From the NCBI GenBank assembly GCA_021781455.1, contig JAJXWV010000041.1, forward strand, positions 75,484 to 139,483: a stretch of 64,000 nt of DNA, in the 5' to 3' direction. The stretch is from Acidobacteriota bacterium. GTDB taxonomy: Bacteria > Acidobacteriota > Thermoanaerobaculia > Gp7-AA8. The number at the start of each line of letters is the position of its first letter. Position 1 is the stretch's first letter. The translations under genes and the position numbers were made by a program. Of the stretch, positions 18,030 through 26,586 are shown one piece after another. The notes under the pieces were generated by a model. The model was not told where the DNA came from, ran no database searches, and saw only the letters and a list, made by a program, of their open reading frames with translations.

Positions 18030-20417
18030 TTGATCGGATTGCACGTGTCCACCCCCCGAACCAGCCTCACCACGCTCGAGCTCGATCGCGTGCTGACCCT
18101 CGTGGCTCTCGAGGCGAAGAGCGAGCCCGGCAAGCGGGCCGTCCTGCGGAAACAGCCCTTGCCCACGATCGAAGCATGCGAGCGCGCTCAGGTCGAGCTG
18201 GCCGAAATGGTGCGCTTCTACCTCACCGACGGTCTGCTGCCCCTCGCCGGCCTCACCGAGGTCGAACCGCTTTTTGTCCGGGACACGGTGCTCGAGCTCG
18301 AAGACTCGTGGCAGATCGTGCGCGCCATCCGCGCCACCCAGGCCATTCGCGAGACGTTTCTCCGCGTCGACACCTACCCCCGCCTCACTGCGATTGCGCG
18401 CACCCTCCCCGACCTCGGCGGACTGATCACGAAGACCAACAAGTACTTCACGCGCGACGGCAAGCTGCGCGAGGACGCATCGCCGGAGCTGCGCTCGATC
18501 CGCACTCGCGTCCACCAGAAGCGTTCTGCGATCCAGCGCGTCCTCAACGACGTCATGAACCGCAACGCCGACGCCGTTCAGGAGCCGCTCGTCGTCCAGC
18601 GCGGCGACCGCTACTGCATTCCGGTGCGGAGTGACCACCGGAACTCCGTGCCCGGCATCCTCCACGAGCGATCGGGCTCGGGCGCTTCGTTTTTCATCGA
18701 GCCGATGGCCAGCGTCGAGCTGAACAACGATCTCGCCGAGCTCCTCCTGCAGGAACGCGAGGAGATCGGGCGGATCACGCGGGTGATCGCGCAAATGCTG
18801 CTCGACGAGGCTCAGTCGATCAGCGCGGCCGTCGAATCTGCCGCCGATTTCGACTGCCTGCAGGCTTGCGCGATCTTCCACCGCACCGTCGAGGCCACGC
18901 GTCCCGCGTTCAGCGCCGACCGCCGGCTCCACGTCATCGATGGCCGGCACCCGCTCATCGACGAGCGGCTGATGGACGCGCGCGTCACCGCGTTGGGTGA
19001 AGAGGCGAGCGACCAGAAAGTCGTTCCCATCACGATCAGCCTCGACGCTGATGCGCCTGCCCTCGTCGTCAGCGGACCGAATGCCGGCGGCAAGACCGTG
19101 GCGTTGAAAACGGCCGGACTGCTCGTAGCCATGGCCATGAGCGGCCTTCCCGTCCCGGCATCGGACGGAACGGTCATTCCGATCGTCGACGCCCTGCACG
19201 TCCTGATCGGAGACGACCAGAGCGTGCTCGAGCACCTCTCCACGTTTTCGGCCTATCTGCTGCGCCTGAAACGCGTGCTCGATCGGGCCACGGACCGTTC
19301 GCTGGTCCTTCTCGACGAGCTGGGCTCGGGAACCGATCCCGAGGAAGGCGCGGCGCTCGCGGCCGCGGTCATCGAGCATCTCCTCGCTGCGGGAGCGCTG
19401 CTGATCGCCACGACGCATCTCTCGGCGCTGAAGACTTTCGCCGTCAACGACGGGCGCATCGTGAACGCCTCGATGGAATTCGACTCAGCAACCGGCCATC
19501 CGACTTATCACCTGATCTCCGGGATTCCCGGACGCAGCCGGGCCATCGACGTGGCCCAGATGATCGGCCTTCCCTCCTCGGTCATCGCCAGCGCGCGCGA
19601 GCGCCTCGGCGACCGGTATGGCGAGACCGATCAGCTCCTGGCACAGCTGCAGGCCCGAATGTCCGAGGTGTTGCGGCAGTCGGACGCGCTGGCCGATTCC
19701 AGGCGTGCCCTCGAATCCGAGCAGGTGCGTCTCGCCGCCGCCACCGAAAAACTCGAAAAGGAACGGATGCGCGCCGGCACGGCTTTTCGGGAAGAGCTGG
19801 AGAGATTGCGCGACGACGTCGGCAGGCAGGTCAGCAACGAGCTGCGGCAGCTTCGCGAGCTCGATCGCAATGCGCGCGCGGCCGTGAACACCGCGGAAGT
19901 GCTCAAGAACGTCACGCAGCCGGTCGACAAGGCCATGCAGTTTCTGCCTGCCGAGCAGCGCGAGGTCCGCGCCGGCGAGCGCGCGGAGCATCGCAGATTC
20001 AAGGTGACCGGCGAGATTGTGTCGATCGACGGCAGCAAGGCCGTGCTCAAGGTCAATGGCCGCAAGATGACGGTCGAGCTGCGCGACCTGGTGCCGCTGG
20101 CTTCCGCTCCGCAGCCGAAGAAGCAGTCGAAATACGCGGCCGCCCAGCCCTCTCACGGTGACGACGCCGTGGAGATCTCGGCGGAGCTCAACCTGATTGG
20201 TCAGCGCGTCGAGGAAGCGCTGGACGAGTCCGATCGGTTCCTCGACCGCTCCCTGCTGGAAGGGCGCCAGGCCGTGCGCATCATCCACGGCTTCGGCACC
20301 GGGAGGCTCCGCTCCGCGATTCGCGAGCACCTGCGCAAGCATCCAGCGGTGAAGTCGTGGAGACCTGGAGATGACAACGAAGGAGGAGACGGTGCGACGG
20401 TCGCCGTTCTCGGCTGA
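18030..20417 (+). CDS. mutS2: Endonuclease MutS2 (MutS domain plus C-terminal Smr domain)
   Basis: Walker A VVSGPNAGGKTVALKT, Walker B LVLLDELGSGTDPEEG, C-terminal Smr domain (LNLIGQRVEEALDESDRFLDRSLLEGRQAVRIIHGFGTGRLRSAI). It lies between rpsU and dnaG. Confidence 0.9.
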   Translation: MIGLHVSTPRTSLTTLELDRVLTLVALEAKSEPGKRAVLRKQPLPTIEACERAQVELAEMVRFYLTDGLLPLAGLTEVEPLFVRDTVLELEDSWQIVRAIRATQAIRETFLRVDTYPRLTAIARTLPDLGGLITKTNKYFTRDGKLREDASPELRSIRTRVHQKRSAIQRVLNDVMNRNADAVQEPLVVQRGDRYCIPVRSDHRNSVPGILHERSGSGASFFIEPMASVELNNDLAELLLQEREEIGRITRVIAQMLLDEAQSISAAVESAADFDCLQACAIFHRTVEATRPAFSADRRLHVIDGRHPLIDERLMDARVTALGEEASDQKVVPITISLDADAPALVVSGPNAGGKTVALKTAGLLVAMAMSGLPVPASDGTVIPIVDALHVLIGDDQSVLEHLSTFSAYLLRLKRVLDRATDRSLVLLDELGSGTDPEEGAALAAAVIEHLLAAGALLIATTHLSALKTFAVNDGRIVNASMEFDSATGHPTYHLISGIPGRSRAIDVAQMIGLPSSVIASARERLGDRYGETDQLLAQLQARMSEVLRQSDALADSRRALESEQVRLAAATEKLEKERMRAGTAFREELERLRDDVGRQVSNELRQLRELDRNARAAVNTAEVLKNVTQPVDKAMQFLPAEQREVRAGERAEHRRFKVTGEIVSIDGSKAVLKVNGRKMTVELRDLVPLASAPQPKKQSKYAAAQPSHGDDAVEISAELNLIGQRVEEALDESDRFLDRSLLEGRQAVRIIHGFGTGRLRSAIREHLRKHPAVKSWRPGDDNEGGDGATVAVLG

Positions 20418-20443
20418 GACCCGCTCAGGGCTTGGTTCCGCGG

Positions 20444-20511
20444 TTCCGCGGTTCCGCGGTTGCGCAGTGGACGTCGACCGCGGAACCGCGCAACCGCGCA
20501 ACCGCGCAACC
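20444..20511. repeat. Family B inverted octamer array (GGTTSCGC x4, spacer, GCGSAACC x4), copy B1
   Basis: ggttccgcggttccgcggttccgcggttgcgc agtggacgtcgacc gcggaaccgcgcaaccgcgcaaccgcgcaacc. It lies immediately 5' of the dnaG start. The ORF-track N-terminal extension RNRATAQPRNHA is this repeat translated. Confidence 0.85.
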
Positions 20512-20516
20512 ATGCC

Positions 20517-22256
20517 ATGGCTCTAGTCGATCTCAACGACGCCGTGATCTCCCAGGTCCGCCAGGCGGCGGATCTCGTGGAGTTCGTCTCGCAGGTGACG
20601 CCGCTGAAACTGGCCGGCAAGAGTCACAAGGGGCTCTGCCCGTTTCATCGCGAGAAGACGCCGTCCTTCCATGTCGACCGGGCCAAGGGCTTGTTCTACT
20701 GCTTCGGATGCGGAGTCGGTGGAGACGTCTTCAAGTTCCTCACGCTGACGGAGCGCTTCACGTTTCCGGAGGCCGTCGAGCACGTGGCCGCGCGGGTCGG
20801 GATCGAGCTCCCACGCAAGCGGAGGACGGCTCGGGAGAGCGACAAGGACGACCTGCTGGAAGTCCTGGACGAGGCTTCCGAGGCCTTCCATCAGGCGCTG
20901 CAGTGGACGCCTAACCCGGCCGACGATTACCTGCACAACCGGGGCGTTCCCGAGGCCATCGTAAAGAAGTACGGCTTCGGCTACGCGCCCGATTCGTGGG
21001 ATTACATCTTCACGAGGCTTGCGCGAAAGCACGGCGAGAAGAAACTCGAGGCATCGGGACTGATTCAGCCGCGCAAGAGCGGAGGTGGTTTCTACGATCG
21101 CTTCCGCAACCGGCTCATCATCCCGATCCACTCGGAGACGGGAGCCCTCGTCGGTTTCGGCGGCCGGACGCTCGACGGCAGCGATCCGAAGTACCTGAAC
21201 TCGCCGGAGTCGGAGATCTTCAACAAGTCGCGGCTGCTGTACAACCTGCACCGCTCGAAGGACGCCATGCGGCGCATCGATCGCGCGATCCTGGTGGAGG
21301 GGTACTTCGATGCCATCGCCATCGACCACGCGGGAGTGCCGGGCGTGGTGGCCTCGATGGGGACGTCGCTGACGACGGGCCAGGCCTCCCTGATGCGCCG
21401 CTACGCGCGGCGTGTGGTGATCGCGTACGACGGAGACGACGCCGGGAAGAACGCCACGCTCCGCGCGGCTCCGATCCTGCTCGCCGCCGGCATCGACGTG
21501 CAGGCGCTCGATCTGATGGGCGAAAAGGATCCCGACTCCCTGGTTCAGAAGTTTGGCGTGGACCGCTTTCTGGAGGTCCTCGGAAACGCCACCGACATCT
21601 TCCAGTTCGCGTTGAAGCTGTGGGCGGCCGACCCGGGGCAGCTGACGGGCCGCGAGAAGTCGGAGCGCGTGGAGATGTTCGTGCCACTGCTCAGCGCAGT
21701 AGCCGATCCGGTGGTCCGCAACGACGCCGCCCAGCGGATCGCCGATGCTTTCCGGCTGGAGTTCGACACGGTGTGGTCGCGGGTCCGCGGCAGGTCGCAA
21801 ACGGTGGTGACGGAACGGCAGGCGTCAGCGCCCGGATCGACGGCGGAAAAGATGCTGCTGACGGCGGCCATTCAGGGACGATTGCCGCAGGAGGTGGCCG
21901 GGCGGCTTCGCGAGGAGTACTTCGGGGATCCGGCGTGCCAAACGCTCTTTTCTATCATAAAAACCGGGCTGCTGTCAGGCGATCCTCTTGATTTCGCAGC
22001 GATAGCGACCCATCTTAGGGGCGAAGCCGAGCTTACCCTGCTCTCCGAGCTGACGCTCAGCGAGGATGTCGACGACGCGACCCTTCAAAAGATCGACGAG
22101 AACCTGCGGCCCATGGAGCGGCACTTTCTCGAGCGGAGACAGCTCGAAATCCAAAGAGACATGGTGGAGGCACAAAAGAGAGGTGATGCGCAGCGGCTGG
22201 ACGAGCTGGCCGCCGAGAAGCACGACCTGTCCCGTATCTCCAGCAGGTTGAAATAA
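20517..22256 (+). CDS. dnaG: DNA primase
   Basis: Zinc-binding domain CPFHREKTPSFHVDRAKGLFYCFGCGVGGDVFKF, a TOPRIM domain (EGYFDAIA...DGDDAGKNAT) and a C-terminal helical domain. Confidence 0.9.
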   Translation: MALVDLNDAVISQVRQAADLVEFVSQVTPLKLAGKSHKGLCPFHREKTPSFHVDRAKGLFYCFGCGVGGDVFKFLTLTERFTFPEAVEHVAARVGIELPRKRRTARESDKDDLLEVLDEASEAFHQALQWTPNPADDYLHNRGVPEAIVKKYGFGYAPDSWDYIFTRLARKHGEKKLEASGLIQPRKSGGGFYDRFRNRLIIPIHSETGALVGFGGRTLDGSDPKYLNSPESEIFNKSRLLYNLHRSKDAMRRIDRAILVEGYFDAIAIDHAGVPGVVASMGTSLTTGQASLMRRYARRVVIAYDGDDAGKNATLRAAPILLAAGIDVQALDLMGEKDPDSLVQKFGVDRFLEVLGNATDIFQFALKLWAADPGQLTGREKSERVEMFVPLLSAVADPVVRNDAAQRIADAFRLEFDTVWSRVRGRSQTVVTERQASAPGSTAEKMLLTAAIQGRLPQEVAGRLREEYFGDPACQTLFSIIKTGLLSGDPLDFAAIATHLRGEAELTLLSELTLSEDVDDATLQKIDENLRPMERHFLERRQLEIQRDMVEAQKRGDAQRLDELAAEKHDLSRISSRLK

Positions 22257-22424
22257 TTATTGTCCTCTGATCATTACCAGACTGTCCTCTGCGGACGAAC
22301 CTTTGACGAAGCTGCCGACCAAATCCGGTGATTGCGTCAAGGTCTCGATGCAGACCGTACGTTAGCGTTCGAACCGTAGTGCCGAGGGCGACCTGAGAGC
22401 TGCCCGGAGAGGAGCGTCAACGCC

Positions 22425-24257
22425 ATGACATCACGCCTGCGCACTTCGAACCTCGAACAAGAGACCAACTTTGATGAGGGGGTTGGAGATTTGAGCGTCG
22501 AAGAGAAGTACGCTGAGGTGAAGCAGCTCATTATCATCGGGAAGGAAAAGGGCTTTCTCCTCTACGACGAGATCTACGAGGTCCTCCCGGAAGAAATCAC
22601 GAGCCTCCCCGAAGAGCTCGACGAGATCTACATCCGCTTCAACGATCTGGGCATCGACGTCGTCGAAGATGCCGAGAAACCGCTCCAGACGTCCACCAAG
22701 GGCATCGTCACCATCGACGGGACCATCGAAGAAAAGGAGATGGACCAGCGCGAGGAGGTCCAGCAGGACATCATCGCGGCCTCCAGTGGCATCGTCGACA
22801 AGACCAATGACCCCGTGCGCATGTACCTGCGCGAGATGGGGACGGTCAAGCTCCTCGATCGGCAGGGCGAAGTCGACATCGCCAAGCGCATCGAGAAGGG
22901 CGAACGCCGGGTCTTCAAGGCGCTCTCCGCGAACCGCATCATCCGCGAAGAGATCCTGAAGATCTACGACGCCGCCAAGAAGGACACGCGCGTCATCAAG
23001 GAGACCATCGACCTGGCCATGCCGGACGATGACGGCAGCGTGGCCGTGGAGATGGAGAACGGCGAGCCGAAAATGCCCGCCGCCACCGTCAACAAGATCA
23101 ACGAGATCCTGCTCATCTTCGAGAAGATCGCCAAGCTCGACAAGAAGATCAAGGACGCCAACGGCAAGATCGCCGATCCGAAGAAGCTCAGCCAGCGCGC
23201 CCTGGCCGCCGCGCACAAGAACATCGAGAAGCTGGAGATGGATCTGGCCAACGAACTGCGCCAGATCGACTTCACGCCGCAGACGCGCAATCGGATGATC
23301 AACAAGCTCAAGGACATCGACAACGAGCTGTCGATGGCCTCGTCCATGATCCGCAAGGACGAGCAGGCCTTCAAGCGCGAGAAGGACAAGACCCGCCGCG
23401 ACTTCTACCGCCGCCGCCTGCAGAAGTACCAGGAAAAGCTCGTGGAGCTGGAAGCCTTCTACGGCACCACCCACGACGAGCTGAAGAAGACCATTCGCGA
23501 GATCCGCTCAGGCGAAGAGGAAGCCGATCAGGCCAAACAGGAGCTGATCGTGGCCAACCTCCGCCTGGTGGTCTCCATCGCCAAGAAGTACACCAACCGC
23601 GGGCTGCAGTTCCTCGACCTCATCCAGGAAGGCAACATCGGCCTGATGAAGGCCGTCGAGAAATTCGAGTACCGCCGCGGCTACAAGTTCTCCACCTACG
23701 CCACGTGGTGGATCCGCCAGGCCATCACCCGCGCCATCGCCGATCAGGCCCGCACCATTCGCATCCCGGTGCACATGATCGAGACCATCAACAAGCTCAC
23801 CCGCACTTCCCGCGCCCTGGTGCAGGAGCTCGGCCGCGAGCCGCAGGCCGAAGAGATCGCCCAGCGCATGGACATGCCGGTGGCCAAGGTTCGCAAGATC
23901 ATGAAGATCGCCCAGGAGCCGATCTCGCTCGAGACGCCCATCGGCGAAGAGGAAGATTCGCATCTCGGGGACTTCATCGAGGATCGCGCCGTGGTCTCCC
24001 CCATCGACCACGTCATCGTCTCGAACCTCAAGGAGCAGACCAACAAGGTCCTGCGCACCCTCACCCCACGCGAGGAGCAGGTGCTGAAGATGCGCTTCGG
24101 CGTCGGCGACGGTGCCGAGCACACCCTCGAGGAGGTGGGACGCTCGTTCAACGTCACCCGTGAGCGCATCCGCCAGATCGAGTCGAAGGCGCTCCGCAAG
24201 CTCCGCCATCCGTCGCGCTCGAAGAAGCTTCGTCCCTTCCTCGACGCCACCTTCTGA
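22425..24257 (+). CDS. rpoD: RNA polymerase sigma factor RpoD (sigma-70)
   Basis: Region 1.1 acidic N-terminus, region 2 ([43 protein letters not shown]), region 4 ([28 protein letters not shown]). Confidence 0.95.
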   Translation: MTSRLRTSNLEQETNFDEGVGDLSVEEKYAEVKQLIIIGKEKGFLLYDEIYEVLPEEITSLPEELDEIYIRFNDLGIDVVEDAEKPLQTSTKGIVTIDGTIEEKEMDQREEVQQDIIAASSGIVDKTNDPVRMYLREMGTVKLLDRQGEVDIAKRIEKGERRVFKALSANRIIREEILKIYDAAKKDTRVIKETIDLAMPDDDGSVAVEMENGEPKMPAATVNKINEILLIFEKIAKLDKKIKDANGKIADPKKLSQRALAAAHKNIEKLEMDLANELRQIDFTPQTRNRMINKLKDIDNELSMASSMIRKDEQAFKREKDKTRRDFYRRRLQKYQEKLVELEAFYGTTHDELKKTIREIRSGEEEADQAKQELIVANLRLVVSIAKKYTNRGLQFLDLIQEGNIGLMKAVEKFEYRRGYKFSTYATWWIRQAITRAIADQARTIRIPVHMIETINKLTRTSRALVQELGREPQAEEIAQRMDMPVAKVRKIMKIAQEPISLETPIGEEEDSHLGDFIEDRAVVSPIDHVIVSNLKEQTNKVLRTLTPREEQVLKMRFGVGDGAEHTLEEVGRSFNVTRERIRQIESKALRKLRHPSRSKKLRPFLDATF

Positions 24258-24391
24258 TTCTCACGATCCGAAAACGAAACAGGGCGGCCTCCGGGCCGCC
24301 CTTGTTATTGCCTGCCGTTCCCAGCGTTCCTCCAACGATCGCGAAGGAAATCGCCGGCCACACGTCTTTGCATTCGCATCGGGACACGACC

Positions 24392-25150
24392 ATGCGTGAC
24401 CGGCCGCGCTTGCTTCATGATCGTTTTTGTTTACGATGCCCGCAACCAATACCCGTTCTCGAGGCGACTTCCTTGAAACTGCTCGCGAGTGCGCTGTTTT
24501 CTCTCCTGGCTTTGCCTCTCTTCGCGGCCCAGCCCTATCACCTTCAGCTCGAGGCCAACCCGGCCGCTCCGTTCCCCTTCCTCAGCCGGTTCGGGACCGT
24601 GACCATCGACGTCTACGGCGGCGGCGTCCGCGCCGAAACGATCTGGCTGAACGGGTTCAGCCGCAACGGCGGCCAGGCTGTGACGGTCGAGAACCCTCTC
24701 GGCCGGATGTACACCGACCTTCCGCTGCCGGAGATCGCGAAACTGGTGCGAAAGCTCGGCGGCTCGTCGCTGGGGCCGCTCTCCGGCCCTCCGGAGAGGG
24801 TCACCGCCGCAGTCGCCGGTAAAGTTCGTGGCATCGATGCAGAGCGATACCGCCTCGTCTACGGTCCGCAGGCGTGGATCGATGTCTGGACGACGAAAGC
24901 GGTTCCTGACAACCCGCAGTTCCGCGCCATCGCCAACGAGTTCGTGGCCGGCGTTTCGCCCCCCGCCGCGGAGATCGCGCGCAGGCTTCCCGGCACACCG
25001 ATCTACGTCGAGTTGAACTTCCGCCGTTTCCACAAGCTGCCTCTGCTGCGGCTCAAGTCGCTGTCGTTCGAGAATAAGGGCGAGTCCGATGCTCTCAGCG
25101 TCGGGATGCTCTATTTCAAGGCGCTGATGCTCGATGCGCTCTGGAAGTAG
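24392..25150 (+). CDS. Hypothetical exported protein
   Basis: An internal hydrophobic stretch LKLLASALFSLLALPLFAAQP resembles a signal peptide. An alternative TTG start at 24473 would put it at the N-terminus. Confidence 0.4.
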   Translation: MRDRPRLLHDRFCLRCPQPIPVLEATSLKLLASALFSLLALPLFAAQPYHLQLEANPAAPFPFLSRFGTVTIDVYGGGVRAETIWLNGFSRNGGQAVTVENPLGRMYTDLPLPEIAKLVRKLGGSSLGPLSGPPERVTAAVAGKVRGIDAERYRLVYGPQAWIDVWTTKAVPDNPQFRAIANEFVAGVSPPAAEIARRLPGTPIYVELNFRRFHKLPLLRLKSLSFENKGESDALSVGMLYFKALMLDALWK

Positions 25151-25603
25151 CCTTTCGCCTTTGTGCTCTATATGTTACGGCGAGTGCGGCCGCAGCCCCA
25201 GTTCCCTTCCTGACGGGCACGCCGATTGAAATAGTAAATCGCGAGCGTTTTTTCAGTTGTGATTTCGAGAGAAAAACGTATCATATTAACCATGCATGAA
25301 TGGGGAGGCGTCCGGCGGGCTGCAATAATCGCCCGGCGCAGCTGTTTCCATCCGTGTACGCTTCCTGTGCGGCATACGCCGCATGATCTTTAAAAATACG
25401 ACGAGTTCCCGCTCCTCCCCTCTGCCTCGGGGCGAGATGGAGCGGTCGATCCGGTCCGCGACTTCGGCGAGGTGGGTCATGACCATGGACGTGACGCTTG
25501 TCGCGGGTCCGCCGGAAATTCATGGGGGAGGAGGTACAAAAATTCGCATGGATTGTTCTAATACACCTAAGGGGGCTACGACCTCGTAGCTTCCACCCCG
25601 AAA

Positions 25604-25631
25604 GGGCGCCCGTAACACGGCGCCCTTTTTC
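25604..25631 (+). terminator. Rho-independent terminator at the end of an AT-rich non-coding stretch
   Basis: gggcgcc cgtaacac ggcgccc ttttt. Upstream at about 25255-25285 there is a promoter-like TTGTGA-N17-TATCAT. Confidence 0.55.
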
Positions 25632-25752
25632 AATTTCTGAGAGTTTCCGGCGGCGCCTGACGGCGCCGCTTTCTGTTTGGCCGGAGTGCGGACGTCCCGT
25701 CCGCACCCGCGGGACGTCTCGTCCCGCGGTCCTGGCGCGCCATCGACGATGC

Positions 25753-26019
25753 CTAGTCGAGCCGCGGAATGACCACTCGCCCGCCCTCGAGCGGAAGGGA
25801 CGGGCTGGCCGGCCGGAGAATCGCCCTGAGGCGCTCCTGGAGGACTTCCACCGAGGTGAACTCGGAATCGAGCAGCTTGTGGAGCGCCTCGACGCCGGCA
25901 GCACGGATCCGGCTCGGCTTGCGCGTCAGGCAGGCGTTGGTCTTACAGCGCGGCGTGCAGTACTTGCGCGTCGATCGCGTCTTCGGAAAGAGACTGCCGC
26001 AATACGAGCAGGTGCCCAT
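25753..26019 (-). CDS. Small zinc-ribbon protein (88 aa)
   Basis: MGTCSYCGSLFPKTRSTRKYCTPRCKTNACL, an N-terminal C4 ribbon followed by a basic/helical tail. Three 16-bp palindromes lie directly upstream. Confidence 0.45.
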   Translation of the reverse strand: MGTCSYCGSLFPKTRSTRKYCTPRCKTNACLTRKPSRIRAAGVEALHKLLDSEFTSVEVLQERLRAILRPASPSLPLEGGRVVIPRLD

Positions 26020-26043
26020 CCCGTCCTCCCCCCTCCCACGGAC

Positions 26044-26142
26044 TACCGTTGATCAACGATTGGCGGCGGAGCGCCGTGGCCAACGGCCGGTTCTCACGAG
26101 CCGGCCGGTAACCGTTGATTAACGGTTCAACCGTTGATCGGC
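26044..26142. promoter_or_regulatory. Three copies of a palindromic operator-like motif, ACCGTTGATYAACGGT
   Basis: taccgttgatcaacgat (26044-26060), aaccgttgattaacggtt (26110-26127), aaccgttgatcgg (26129-26141). They lie 25-120 bp upstream of the zinc-ribbon gene start. Confidence 0.55.
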
Positions 26143-26586
26143 GACAAAAGTACGCCGGCCGGTCGCGATCGTCAACTAGTGGACGAAGGGGCGGCGTTCG
26201 CAGATTCGCATATTCGCCGCCGCAGTTTTACCCCATGGGCAACAGGCAGGGATCGTACGTTTCTGACAACCACCCGCCAATTTGCGTTGAACGCATGCCG
26301 CAGATTGTTTTCCTCACGCTCTTCCTCGGCCCGACCTCGGGATCAGGGTTGATCGCTGCTGGGCGGCCGGGCCCTGGTGACGCTGGATCGTCCTCCGTGG
26401 TCAGCGCAGGTCGACTTCGGTCCTGAACTGACGCCGCAGGCTCTCGTCGTGATCGGTTTCGACGCGAACGGTGTCGAGATCGCACGCGCGTCGCAGAGCC
26501 TCAATCTTCCGCGCCCGGTCGCAGAAGTCGATTGAGCCGAATTCGTACGATCACTCTTGCTGATCCGTGCCACTTCCGCGTGAGTG

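Noticed and set aside
25150-25631. tmRNA, RNase P RNA or SRP RNA in the AT-rich non-coding stretch.
   Set aside because: No tRNA-like T-arm/acceptor end, no GGAAAGUCCGG-type RNase P core and no SRP domain-IV motif were found. It is left as a candidate unclassified sRNA.
25281-25904. 207-aa minus ORF spanning the AT-rich region.
   Set aside because: It runs through the terminator and promoter-like sequences. The protein is Arg/Ser/Pro-rich with no motif. It is more likely non-coding.
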